Shown: in pieces, positions 41,436 to 50,590 of the stretch
Layout: every line of letters starts with the position of its first letter
Position numbering within the stretch: the stretch's first letter is position 1
NCBI GenBank assembly: GCA_963713865.1
Contig: OY970208.1
Location: 1,506,449-1,570,448, forward strand
DNA: 64,000 nt
Direction of reading: 5' to 3'
Source: an uncultured candidate division Zixibacteria bacterium
GTDB taxonomy: Bacteria > Zixibacteria > MSB-5A5 > RBG-16-43-9
Program-made: the position numbers and the translations under genes
The notes under the pieces: model-generated
The model's database searches: none
The model's input: the letters and a program-made list of their open reading frames with translations, nothing else
What the model was told of the DNA's origin: nothing

Positions 41436-42041
41436 TTGGCTGAAGAAAATTTAAAAGAGAAGATTTTGAAAAAGGGGAATTTGCCCAAGCATATAGCTAT
41501 TATTATGGATGGGAATGGGAGGTGGGCAAAAAGAAGAGGTCTGCCTCGAATAGCCGGGCACAGATCTGGAGTAAAGACGGTAAAAAGGATAGTCGAAGCC
41601 GCAGGAGAACTGAAGCTTTCCATCCTCACACTTTTCACCTTTTCGGTTGAGAACTGGCAGAGGCCCAGGGAGGAGGTTTCTGCGATTATGAATTTACTTT
41701 ACGAGACTACTAAAAAGGAGTTAAGTGAGTTAGAAAAAAACAATGTCAAACTTATTACTACCGGCAAGATAGAGGAGCTTTCTTTACGAAGAAAAGAGAT
41801 TTTGGAAAAAGCGATCCAGAGGACTAAAGACAATACCGGACTGGTTCTGAATTTGGCTTTGAACTATTCTGGCAGAAGTGAGATTCTGGATGCAGTAAAG
41901 AAAATTTCTCTGGATATATCTTCCGGAATTATAAAACCAGAAGAGGTGGATGAAAAGCTTTTTTCCGCCTATCTTTATACTAAAGAGTTACCAGATCCAG
42001 AACCTTCTGATCCGGACTTCAGGCGAAATGCGCATCTCTAA
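41436..42041 (+). CDS. uppS: undecaprenyl-diphosphate synthase, N-terminal two-thirds; frame broken by a 1-nt insertion near 42000-42003
   Basis: [13 protein letters not shown]...[14 protein letters not shown]. The ORF start at 41337 translates the repeat element, so TTG 41436 is preferred. Confidence 0.8.
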   Translation: MAEENLKEKILKKGNLPKHIAIIMDGNGRWAKRRGLPRIAGHRSGVKTVKRIVEAAGELKLSILTLFTFSVENWQRPREEVSAIMNLLYETTKKELSELEKNNVKLITTGKIEELSLRRKEILEKAIQRTKDNTGLVLNLALNYSGRSEILDAVKKISLDISSGIIKPEEVDEKLFSAYLYTKELPDPEPSDPDFRRNAHL

Positions 42042-42174
42042 TTTTATGCTCTGGCAGACCTCCTATACTGAACTTTATGTGACGGAGGTCTTATGGCCCG
42101 ATTTCTCAGTGAACGATTTTTATCAGGCTATCTGGTCTTATCAGAATCGTCAGCGAAGGTTTGGCAAAATCTGA
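41950..42174 (+). CDS. uppS: uppS C-terminal fragment in the +1 frame
   Basis: [35 protein letters not shown]...NRQRRFGK is the conserved UppS C-terminus. Confidence 0.8.
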   Translation: MKSFFPPIFILKSYQIQNLLIRTSGEMRISNFMLWQTSYTELYVTEVLWPDFSVNDFYQAIWSYQNRQRRFGKI

Positions 42175-42205
42175 TTACAGATTACAAATTACAGATAACA
42201 GATTT
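42171..42205 (+). repeat. heptamer tandem repeat gattaca-gattaca-aattaca-gataaca-gat; left inverted-repeat arm flanking the four-helix-bundle gene
   Basis: Read directly. cagataacagat is mirrored by atctgttatcag at 42594-42605. Confidence 0.6.
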
Positions 42206-42210
42206 AAAAA

Positions 42211-42582
42211 ATGGCGTTTTATAGAAAATTTGAAGAATTGCCTGTCTGGAAAAACTCAAGAGAGTTGACTACTCAGATCTATAAGCTTACAGAGAATTCG
42301 AAATTTAGAAGAGATTTTGGCTTAGTTGATCAGATTAGGAGGTGCAGCATTTCGATATCCAGCAATATCGCTGAAGGATTCGAAAGAGGCTCTAAAAAGG
42401 AATTTATTCAATTTCTTTATATAGCAAAAGAATCTGCAGGTGAATTAAGAAGCCAGTTATATACTGCCTTAGATCTGGGTTATATTGATAAGGTTATGCA
42501 TCAGACTTTTTTGACTCAAGCTGAAAGTCTATCCAGACAACTTACAGCTTTCATTACCTCAATTAAAGAAAAGATTAAGTAA
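42211..42582 (+). CDS. four-helix-bundle protein (23S rRNA intervening-sequence protein family)
   Basis: LPVWKNSRELTTQIYKLT...SISSNIAEGFERGSKKEFIQFLYIAKESAGELRSQL matches recalled family consensus blocks. 123 aa. Confidence 0.75.
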   Translation: MAFYRKFEELPVWKNSRELTTQIYKLTENSKFRRDFGLVDQIRRCSISISSNIAEGFERGSKKEFIQFLYIAKESAGELRSQLYTALDLGYIDKVMHQTFLTQAESLSRQLTAFITSIKEKIK

Positions 42583-42593
42583 AGTTTCTTTTT

Positions 42594-42626
42594 TATCTGT
42601 TATCAGTCATTTGTCATCTGTTATTT
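42594..42626 (+). repeat. right inverted-repeat arm (atctgttatcagtcatttgtcatctgttat) flanking the four-helix-bundle gene
   Basis: Reverse complement ataacagatgacaaatgactgataacagat partially matches the left arm. Confidence 0.5.
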
Positions 42627-42630
42627 TTAT

Positions 42631-43458
42631 ATGAATAATTTATTAACCCGTATAATAATCGCAATAATCTTTATCCCCTTCATCCTATATATATCCTATT
42701 CCGGTGGCTTGGCATTTATGAGTTTTGTAAATCTTCTGATATTTTTGGGTTTGATAGAATTCTCCTCGATTTTAAGGCTCAAAAATATCTCTATCCTTCG
42801 GACTCTTTTTATCCTTTCTGGAATTTTGATTGGAATTTCAGTTTATTTTTTCGAGGTAAGATTTATCCCTATAATTCTTTTAGCCGGTATCTTTATTTCA
42901 GGTTTATATCAATTGGTTAAGAATAAATTTGGATTTGCAATTGAAAATCTATCAGTATTTTTATTCGGCTTAATTTACGTGGCTGTCTTTTTCTCGTTTC
43001 TTATTTTAATCCGTGAATTTCCCAAAGAGTCAGGTATGGATTACAATCTTGGAGGTTTATGGGTCATCTTCATTTTCTTCTGTCTATGGCTTTCAGATAC
43101 TTTAGCTTATTTTATTGGGACTCCTTTTGGGAAACATAAGATTTTGCCAGAGGTCAGTCCCAAGAAAAGCTGGGAAGGGTCTATTGGGGGAATGGCCGGG
43201 TCAATTCTCACTGCAGTTTTCTCAAAGCTTATATTATTAAATAAAGTCCCCTTGTTCCATCTGCTTATTTTATCAATTCTGGTCAGCATCTTCGGGCAAT
43301 TAGGTGATTTTGTGGAATCATCTTTCAAGAGGTCGGCTAACCTGAAGGATTCCTCCAATATCATCCCTGGGCATGGGGGGGTATTAGACCGTTTTGATAG
43401 CTTGCTTTTCACTGCCCCTTTAGTTTATTTTTATCTGAAATTTATTTTATATAAATAA
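42631..43458 (+). CDS. cdsA: phosphatidate cytidylyltransferase
   Basis: SDTLAYFIGTPFGKHKILPEVSPKKSWEGSIGG signature. 275 aa. Confidence 0.9.
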   Translation: MNNLLTRIIIAIIFIPFILYISYSGGLAFMSFVNLLIFLGLIEFSSILRLKNISILRTLFILSGILIGISVYFFEVRFIPIILLAGIFISGLYQLVKNKFGFAIENLSVFLFGLIYVAVFFSFLILIREFPKESGMDYNLGGLWVIFIFFCLWLSDTLAYFIGTPFGKHKILPEVSPKKSWEGSIGGMAGSILTAVFSKLILLNKVPLFHLLILSILVSIFGQLGDFVESSFKRSANLKDSSNIIPGHGGVLDRFDSLLFTAPLVYFYLKFILYK

Positions 43459-43498
43459 AACAATGATAGATATCGGATTTCGGATGACGATGCAAGTC

Positions 43499-43607
43499 AT
43501 GTAGCCAAGTCTTCAGGGCTTGGCGCAGAGGACTAAACCTCTGCTACGCCTCTCTCAGAGGACAAGCGAAAAGAAGCAATCCTGAAGGGTTGCCCTGCAA
43601 TTAAAAA
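43499..43607 (+). repeat. intergenic repeat copy E (module 3-like gtagccaagtcttcagggcttggcg...taaacctctgctacgc + module 2 gcaatcctgaagggttgccctgcaattaaaaa)
   Basis: Module 2 ends 2 nt before the ATG of the downstream gene. Confidence 0.65.
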
Positions 43608-43608
43608 T

Positions 43609-44511
43609 ATGTTAAAATATTTCGATTACATCTTCGTTCTTCGGCCGGTGCTTATGGTTCCGGTTTGGACGATTCTGCTTTTAGGGCATTATCAGGGCTC
43701 AAGGGATGCTTCCTTTGATAAATCTTTGCTCTGGCTTTTCTTATTCGCTACCTTTTTCATCGGAGGGGTATATCTTTTAAATCAAATCTATGATCTTGAA
43801 ACAGATCGTAAAAACAAGAAGCTATTCTTTTTAGCAGAAGGGTATATCTCCAAGAAAAATGCCTGGGTTTTGACTGTTTTTTTATACCTTTTCAGTGTTT
43901 TACCAGCTTATTTTCTGTCTTTAACCATCGGGATAATTTTTACCTTGGGTTTGATTTTTAGCTTCTTCTATTCTGCTCCCCCTTTTACCCTGAAGAATAA
44001 AACCTATGCAGGTCTTTTAGCTAATCTTATCTCCCATGGTTCTCTGGTATTTTTAGCAGGTTTTTGCGCCCGATCAGGTTTCTCCCTGAGGGCAGTCTTA
44101 TTATCACTTCCTTATGCTCTCGCCGTTGGCGCAGTTTACATAAACACTACCATTCCAGATATAGGAGGTGATAAGATGGCGGGGAAGATGACTTTTGGAG
44201 TGAAATATGGAACTTTCAAATCAGCTTTGGTCTCAACCATTCTGGTGCTATTATCCATCATTTTATCTATTGTCTTTTTAGATTTACCTTTTCTTTTTTC
44301 TGCGGTCCTCTCTTTTCCCTTTTACCTTTTAGCTCTTTTGACTAAAGAAGCTGGAAAAAGTGTTCTGGCATCCAAAGTCTCGATACTTTTTTTATCCCTG
44401 GCGGCTGGATATTTTTATTCCGGGTATTTCATAATTTTGATTTTGGGTTTTTTAGGAACCAGATTATATTATAAGGAGAGATTTAACTTGGAGTATCCGA
44501 GTTTGTTCTGA
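43609..44511 (+). CDS. UbiA-family prenyltransferase
   Basis: LNQIYDLETDRKN (NxxxDxxxD) and about 8 TM helices. 300 aa. Confidence 0.7.
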   Translation: MLKYFDYIFVLRPVLMVPVWTILLLGHYQGSRDASFDKSLLWLFLFATFFIGGVYLLNQIYDLETDRKNKKLFFLAEGYISKKNAWVLTVFLYLFSVLPAYFLSLTIGIIFTLGLIFSFFYSAPPFTLKNKTYAGLLANLISHGSLVFLAGFCARSGFSLRAVLLSLPYALAVGAVYINTTIPDIGGDKMAGKMTFGVKYGTFKSALVSTILVLLSIILSIVFLDLPFLFSAVLSFPFYLLALLTKEAGKSVLASKVSILFLSLAAGYFYSGYFIILILGFLGTRLYYKERFNLEYPSLF

Positions 44512-44536
44512 TATAGGTATGGACGACTACATCCAC

Positions 44537-44612
44537 GTAGCCGAGCCTTCAGGGCTCGGCGGCCGATAAAAGCTTTACGGCTCGAAGAGAAGTTTAAAAC
44601 CTCCATTACGCG
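44537..44612 (+). repeat. intergenic repeat copy F (module 3)
   Basis: gtagccgagccttcagggctcggcggccgataaaagctttacggctcgaagagaagtttaaaacctccattacgcg. Confidence 0.7.
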
Positions 44613-44740
44613 ATAGCTCCAGTGAATAAGGAAAATTGAAAAAGGAAGAATGAAAATAAAAAAGAAATATCGAATGACGAACATCAGATTCCTGATAAAA
44701 GCGAAAAGCAAATAGCAAAGAGCAAATTCAAGAATAAAAA

Positions 44741-45736
44741 ATGCAAAAAGAAGCTCTATATTACGAAAAATTAGAAAATAAAAAAGTTCAGTGCCATCTC
44801 TGCCCCTGGGAGTGTCTTTTAACTGAAGGGAAGCTGGGGATTTGTCGGGGGAAAAAGAATTTACAGGGGGTATTATATGCCATTAATTACGCTAAAGCTG
44901 TTTCCATCGCTTTGGATCCGATCGAGAAAAAACCACTTTATCATTTCTTTCCCGGAACGGACATTTTATCTACCGGCCCCAATAGCTGTAATCTGAGATG
45001 TAACCACTGCCAGAACTGGTCTATCTCTCAAATAGAATCGCCGACGGAACTGGTAACTCCGGAGGATTTAGTTTCTCTGGCTTTAAAATATAACTCCCCG
45101 GGGATTGCCTATACTTATACTGAGCCCTTGATGTGGTATGAATATGTTTTAGATGCTGCCAAACTCGCTCGCAATAAAAATTTAGTCAATGTTCTGGTGA
45201 CCAATGGCTATATCAATCCGGAACCTCTGGAAAAGCTTTTACCTCTAATCGATGCTTTGAATGTTGATGTTAAAGGGATGAGTCAGGAGTTCTACAAAAA
45301 AGTGTGTAAGGGTAAGTTAGACGTAGTTTTGAAAACAGTCGAGATTTCAGTTGAGAGAAATAAGCATGTGGAATTAACTTATCTTCTTATTCCAACCCTG
45401 AACGATTCAGAGGATGAGCTTAAAAAATTTGTAGATTGGGTGGCAAATTTGAATGAACGTATCCCTGTTCATTTCTCCAGATATTTTCCGGTTTACAAGT
45501 CCGAATTGCCACCTACACCGGTATGGACTTTAAAAAAAGCTTTTAAAATTGCCAAGGAGAAATTGAAATATGTTTATGTGGGAAATGCCTATATCCCAGG
45601 CACCTCTGATACTCATTGTCCCAAATGCTCTAAGGTCTTAATCTCAAGAAGTGGATATTCAATCGACATAGCCGGGATCAAAGATAAGAAATGTAAGAAT
45701 TGCGGGACAGACATAGATGTGATATTAAAAGGCTAA
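44741..45736 (+). CDS. radical SAM protein of the PflX / AmmeMemoRadiSam-system type
   Basis: N-terminal Cys cluster CHLCPWEC...C, radical SAM motif CNLRCNHC, and a C-terminal CxxC...CxxC pair. 331 aa. Confidence 0.6.
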   Translation: MQKEALYYEKLENKKVQCHLCPWECLLTEGKLGICRGKKNLQGVLYAINYAKAVSIALDPIEKKPLYHFFPGTDILSTGPNSCNLRCNHCQNWSISQIESPTELVTPEDLVSLALKYNSPGIAYTYTEPLMWYEYVLDAAKLARNKNLVNVLVTNGYINPEPLEKLLPLIDALNVDVKGMSQEFYKKVCKGKLDVVLKTVEISVERNKHVELTYLLIPTLNDSEDELKKFVDWVANLNERIPVHFSRYFPVYKSELPPTPVWTLKKAFKIAKEKLKYVYVGNAYIPGTSDTHCPKCSKVLISRSGYSIDIAGIKDKKCKNCGTDIDVILKG

Positions 45737-45942
45737 AGGCAATAGTCTAAAGTCCTGAGTCTAAAAGCCAAAAGCAAAAAGCGAATCGCTGAAAAATATT
45801 GACAAAGCATCTTTCAAACCCTATTATAAAATAGAATGTCGAGATATTAAGTTTTAAAATAATTGAGGATTAAATAATTTAGAATATAATATAATAACAA
45901 GTCAGAAATCGAATAGCGAATAGCTAATTAAGGAGGTATAAA

Positions 45943-46264
45943 ATGGCAGATATATTCGAGAAAACACTTTTAGCCGGTTCTGGGTCTTTTTGATTTAACC
46001 CGGGAAAAGGCTGAAAAGTTGGCGAATGAGCTTATCAAAAGGGGAGAGCTTTCTCAATCGGATAAAGCAAAGGCAGTCAAGGAGATTTTAAAGGGTCATG
46101 AGGAGAGAACCAGGAAAATAAAGGAGAAGATCGACCAGCACGTTAACAAGGCGGTTGAAAAGTTAAAAGGGGTTACAGCTCAGGAGCTTTCAGAGCTGAA
46201 CAAGAAGATCGAGAAACTCTCAAAGGAGCTTGAGAAATTAGGAGAGAAGTTAGAGAAGAAATGA
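45943..46264 (+). CDS. phasin-like (PHA-granule-associated, PF05597-like) coiled-coil protein; frame broken by a 1-nt insertion near 45976-45981
   Basis: ATG 45943 with AAGGAGG RBS reads MADIFEKTLLAG then stops. The +1 frame continues LGLFDLTREKAEKLANELIKRGELSQ... Confidence 0.5.
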
Positions 46265-46616
46265 TACCTTAAGACCAGGATGGTGATCAAGCAGATGGAT
46301 GGGGGAGCAAATTATGTGCTGGTCAAAGTTGTTAAGGCGATGGAGGAGTGATTTATTAATTACCTCAACTCTTCTCTGAAAAAAATGATAGTTTAGCAAG
46401 AACTAATGGATTGTAAAACTTTAGCATTACCCCATAGAAAGAAGAGGGTCAGTTTTGTGCTCTATCTCCACATTTGATGAGAAATTATAGGGTCTTTCTA
46501 AAAACTGCCTTTACTAAACACTTGTAATATATAAAAGATTGACAAATTGATTTTTAAAGTTATATTTAATTTTGAATTCATATTGTTTTAATTTTTACCA
46601 AGGAAAAGGTTAGAAT

Positions 46617-47384
46617 ATGGATAAGGAAACCTGGAAGACCTCTATCACTCAGATAAAGAAGGGGGAAATAAGGGTTCGCGGATATGACATAACTGAGCTG
46701 ATGGAGAAACTTACCTTTAGCCAGGTCGTTTTTCTTATCCTTAAAGGTGAACTCCCTAGTTCTCAAGAAAGTAAAATGATGGAGGCGATTCTTGTTTCCT
46801 CTATTGATCACGGTGCAACACCGCCTTCCTCTCTGACAGCCAGAATTGTTATCTCCGGCGGTAATCCTTTAAATGCCTCAGTGGCTGGAGGGATTTTGAC
46901 CATAGGAGATTCTCACGGAGGGGCAATTGAGGAATGTGCTAAGATGTTCCAGGTCCTGGCAAAAGAGGAAAGAGATTTAGCCTCCTCAGCTTCTGAATTA
47001 GTTAAAGAATATCAAGTCAAAAAAAAGAGGATTCCAGGGTATGGACATCGCTTGCATGAAACTGATCCGCGTACGGTTAAACTTTTCAAAGTTGCACAGG
47101 AGCTGGGTTTTTCAGGCAGACACTTAAAGTTAGCCAAAGAGATCGAAAAAGAACTGGAAAAGACTTCCGGGAGAAAACTCCCTTTGAATGTAGATGGAGC
47201 AATTGCAGCGGTTGTCTCGGATATGGGATTTGACTGGAGATTGGGAAAGGGGTTTTTTATTATCTCCAGGGTTCCGGGTTTGGTTGCTCATGCTTATGAG
47301 GAGCTTACTAGAGAAAAGCCGATGCGGAGATTAGGGAATACAGATTTCGAATATGATGGACCGGAGCCCAGAGAAATTATTTAA
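46617..47384 (+). CDS. citrate-synthase-family small protein (citryl-CoA lyase-like)
   Basis: GYGHRLHETDPR and the C-terminal half of the citrate synthase fold. 255 aa. Confidence 0.6.
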   Translation: MDKETWKTSITQIKKGEIRVRGYDITELMEKLTFSQVVFLILKGELPSSQESKMMEAILVSSIDHGATPPSSLTARIVISGGNPLNASVAGGILTIGDSHGGAIEECAKMFQVLAKEERDLASSASELVKEYQVKKKRIPGYGHRLHETDPRTVKLFKVAQELGFSGRHLKLAKEIEKELEKTSGRKLPLNVDGAIAAVVSDMGFDWRLGKGFFIISRVPGLVAHAYEELTREKPMRRLGNTDFEYDGPEPREII

Positions 47385-47473
47385 AGGTTTTTTAATTATA
47401 GAGTATAACTTTAAAGATTGCCTTTACATACTGGTAGTTTCATGATTACAATACTACTTAAACTGGAGGGCAA

Positions 47474-47980
47474 ATGAATAAATTTGATCGTCTGCTTTAC
47501 ATTCTCAGTCTTCTCAGGTCAAAACAGTCTCTCCAGGCAGCAGATTTAGCCCGGGAGTGTCAGGTGTCCGAGAGGACAATCTACAGAGACATAATCTCCC
47601 TTTCCTCAGCCAACGTCCCGATATACTTCGATGACGGCTATAAACTTCTTACAGATGCTTTTCTGCCTCCTTTGAACTTTTCCTTAGATGACTATTTAGT
47701 ATTGAAATTAGGTCTGGGCTCAAGCCCGCTTTCTATCAATACACCACTGGGGAAGTCGGCTAAAAGGGTTTTATCGAAGATTGATTCGGGTTTAAGTCAG
47801 GAGGTAAAAAACAGGCTCAGCGATTTGGGTGATCCCCTGAGAATAACTCTTAAATCATCAGTTGATTTAAACAAACTTGGTCTGATCTTTAACCTGATCG
47901 AACAGTCGATTTTAAACAGGAGAACCATCAGATTAGATTATGAGGGTTCTGGAATCGGGAAAAAGCTCCAGGGAAATTGA
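47474..47980 (+). CDS. WYL-domain transcriptional regulator, N-terminal HTH part; frameshifted at the A5 run 47960-47964
   Basis: LLYILSLLRSKQSLQAADLARECQVSERTIYRDI is a YafY-like HTH. Confidence 0.7.
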   Translation: MNKFDRLLYILSLLRSKQSLQAADLARECQVSERTIYRDIISLSSANVPIYFDDGYKLLTDAFLPPLNFSLDDYLVLKLGLGSSPLSINTPLGKSAKRVLSKIDSGLSQEVKNRLSDLGDPLRITLKSSVDLNKLGLIFNLIEQSILNRRTIRLDYEGSGIGKKLQGN

Positions 47981-48428
47981 CCCCTACGCTTTAATCTTCA
48001 GACGCCATTCCTGGTATCTTTTAGGTTTCTGTCATGTGAGGGAAGAGATCAGGATTTTCAGGCTCAATCGAATTTACAAGGTTACCTTGACGGATAAAAA
48101 TTTTGAGAAGAAACCTGATTTCTCCATAGAAGAGTTTTTCAATAATAGCTGGGAGATCTATCAAGGGGAACTAACTGAGGTAAAGTTAAGGTTTTTCGGG
48201 AAGGCGGTGAAGGTGATTGAATCAAGCCAGTATCACCCATCTGAAAGCCTGAATAAACAAGAGGATGGCTCGCTTGTCTATTCGGTGAAGGTGAGCGGGA
48301 TTGAGGAGATCTCAAGATGGATTTTAGGTTTTGGTGAAATGGTGGAGGTGCTGAAGCCTGAGGATTTAAGAGTAAATATCAAAGAGACGGTTCAAAAAAT
48401 GCAAAAGCTTTATTCTAAATCAGCCTGA
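47940..48428 (+). CDS. WYL-domain regulator, C-terminal WYL + WCX part (+1 frame)
   Basis: IDPYALIFRRHSWYLLGFCHVREEIRIFRLNRI is the WYL core. Confidence 0.7.
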   Translation: MRVLESGKSSREIDPYALIFRRHSWYLLGFCHVREEIRIFRLNRIYKVTLTDKNFEKKPDFSIEEFFNNSWEIYQGELTEVKLRFFGKAVKVIESSQYHPSESLNKQEDGSLVYSVKVSGIEEISRWILGFGEMVEVLKPEDLRVNIKETVQKMQKLYSKSA

Positions 48429-48795
48429 TGTTAAGTTCGAGTTTGGATCCATAGGTTTTTGAGTCAAATGTGTTTTCCAGTTTCACAACTCCGGCAGTAA
48501 AGACAGTAGTTGGTGGATGGTGGTTAGTTGCTGGTCCTCCACACCCATCCAATTTATCTAAATCTTTAATCATAATTATTTTTAGTAATCCATTCTTGTC
48601 AAGTTTTCTTTTTTGAGAGTCCAGCCACTCAGGTGTAAAACTCATAATAGGTTAAATTATTCTTGACTTGGTTGTTTGAATTTATGTTATTCTCCCCATA
48701 CAAAACTTAGGTGTATGCCTGACAAACAAACACTTACGGGTGATGAAGTTATACTGAATTATCAGATTGAGAAAATGAGGACAAAGGAGAGCTAG

Positions 48796-48882
48796 GTGGA
48801 ATTCATAATTGCAGGAGTAATAGCCATAGCGTTGCTGGTGTATCTGGTCTATGCTATGTTTAACCCTGACAAATTCAATTAG
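48796..48882 (+). CDS. kdpF: K+-transporting ATPase subunit F, 28 aa
   Basis: Not in the ORF track. GTG start 6 nt after AAGGAG. Peptide VEFIIAGVIAIALLVYLVYAMFNPDKFN immediately upstream of kdpA. Confidence 0.7.
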   Translation: MEFIIAGVIAIALLVYLVYAMFNPDKFN

Positions 48883-48890
48883 AGGAACTG

Positions 48891-50228
48891 ATGACATTTA
48901 ACGATTTTCTGCAGATATTAATCTTTGTGCTAACTTTAATTCTGCTGACACCGGTTCTTGGTTCATATATGTCCAGGGTATTTTCGGGTGAGAGGGCATT
49001 TAAGCCAAAGTATTTCAGCTGGATAGAGAGAACAATCTATCGGGTGTGCGGAATCAATGCAATGGTTGAGATGGATTGGAAGGAATATACCAGAGCATTA
49101 TTACTTTTCAATTTTTTGGGATTTGCAGTGGTGTTCTTTCTCTTGCTGATTCAACCTTATTTGCCGGTGAAACCACCAAAGCAAGCTAACATCTCTCTTC
49201 CATTAGCCTTTAATATCGCGGTGAGCTTTATGACCAACACCAACTGGCAGTCTTATGCCGGAGAGACAACCCTGAGGTATTTAACACAAATGCTTGGGTT
49301 AGCTGTGCAAAATTTCTTGAGTGCTGCAACCGGGATGGCAGTGCTTCTGGCTTTGATTCGAGGGATTGCCCGGAAAACCTCGCGTTCGATCGGTAATTTC
49401 TGGACGGATATGGTCAAATCGGTAATTTACGTCCTGCTTCCTCTCTCTATTGTTCTATCATTGATTCTGGTCAGCCAGGGAGTGGTCCAAACATTTTCCT
49501 CCGGTGTAGAGGCGGTGAATCTCGAAGGCGCAAAACAGACCATACCGCTTGGGCCGGTAGCTTCTCAAATTGCTATAAAACAACTGGGAACCAATGGCGG
49601 TGGATTTTTTAATGCAAACAGCGCACATCCGTTTGAGAATCCTACGCCTTTGTCCAACTTTCTTGAGATGATTTCCATTCTTCTTATTCCAGCATCTCTC
49701 ACCTATACTTACGGAACGATGGTAAAGTCAAAAAGACACGGCTGGGTCATCTTTGGAGTGATGCTGTTTGTGTGGATGGCCGGGCTGGGCATATCAGCAC
49801 AGTCTGAATTTAGCAGAAATCTATCTCTGGGTAACATGGTAACATTCGAGGGTAAAGAGGTTCGTTTCGGGACTGTAAACTCCATCTTATGGTCAACTGC
49901 CACTACTGCCGCATCGAATGGATCGGTTAATGCTATGCATTCCAGCCTATCTCCCCTGGCGGGTGGTGTGGCAATGCTCAATATGATGCTTGGTGAGATC
50001 ATATTTGGAGGGGTTGGAGTGGGGCTTTGCGGCATGCTTCTTTTTGTTCTGATGACGGTATTTCTGGCTGGTCTGATGGGTGGCCGCACTCCGGAATATC
50101 TGGGAAAGAAGATCGAAGCTAAAGAGATCCAGATGGTTATTGTTGCCATTCTCGCACCCAGCGCAGTTATTCTCATTGGTGCAGGTTTTGCTTCGGTCCT
50201 GTCATCTGCGCTTTCAAGTTCTGGCTAA
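48891..50228 (+). CDS. kdpA: K+-transporting ATPase subunit A, N-terminal 445 aa; frameshift near 50219-50221
   Basis: [31 protein letters not shown] and KdpA TM repeats. Confidence 0.9.
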   Translation: MTFNDFLQILIFVLTLILLTPVLGSYMSRVFSGERAFKPKYFSWIERTIYRVCGINAMVEMDWKEYTRALLLFNFLGFAVVFFLLLIQPYLPVKPPKQANISLPLAFNIAVSFMTNTNWQSYAGETTLRYLTQMLGLAVQNFLSAATGMAVLLALIRGIARKTSRSIGNFWTDMVKSVIYVLLPLSIVLSLILVSQGVVQTFSSGVEAVNLEGAKQTIPLGPVASQIAIKQLGTNGGGFFNANSAHPFENPTPLSNFLEMISILLIPASLTYTYGTMVKSKRHGWVIFGVMLFVWMAGLGISAQSEFSRNLSLGNMVTFEGKEVRFGTVNSILWSTATTAASNGSVNAMHSSLSPLAGGVAMLNMMLGEIIFGGVGVGLCGMLLFVLMTVFLAGLMGGRTPEYLGKKIEAKEIQMVIVAILAPSAVILIGAGFASVLSSALSSSG

Positions 50229-50583
50229 CAAAGGACCTCATGGTTTGAGTGAGATACTCTATGCCTATTCCTCAGCTTCAGGTAACAACGGCAGCGCTTT
50301 TGCGGGTCTTAACGCCAATACTAACTTTTATAATATAACCCTGGGAATAGCTATGTTGATCGGCCGTTTTGCGGTGATCATTCCCTGCCTGGTGATAGCC
50401 GGCAGTTTAGCGAAAAAAAGGATCCTGGCTTTTTCCTCCGGCACATTTGCCACCGATACCCTGACATTTGCCATACTGCTGATCGCAGTGATATTGATTA
50501 TTGGAGCATTAACATTTATGCCTGCATTATGTCTTGGTCCCATTATCGAGCATATGACCATGCTGGCTGGAAGATTATTTTAG
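50080..50583 (+). CDS. kdpA: kdpA C-terminal fragment (+1 frame)
   Basis: [29 protein letters not shown] is the conserved KdpA motif. Confidence 0.85.
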   Translation: MAALRNIWERRSKLKRSRWLLLPFSHPAQLFSLVQVLLRSCHLRFQVLANKGPHGLSEILYAYSSASGNNGSAFAGLNANTNFYNITLGIAMLIGRFAVIIPCLVIAGSLAKKRILAFSSGTFATDTLTFAILLIAVILIIGALTFMPALCLGPIIEHMTMLAGRLF

Positions 50584-50590
50584 GAGAAGA

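Noticed and set aside
48415-48645. 76-aa minus-strand ORF between the WYL regulator and kdpF
   Set aside because: Low-complexity middle (HHPPTT), overlaps the 3' end of the WYL gene, and has no recognisable domain or RBS. Left unannotated.
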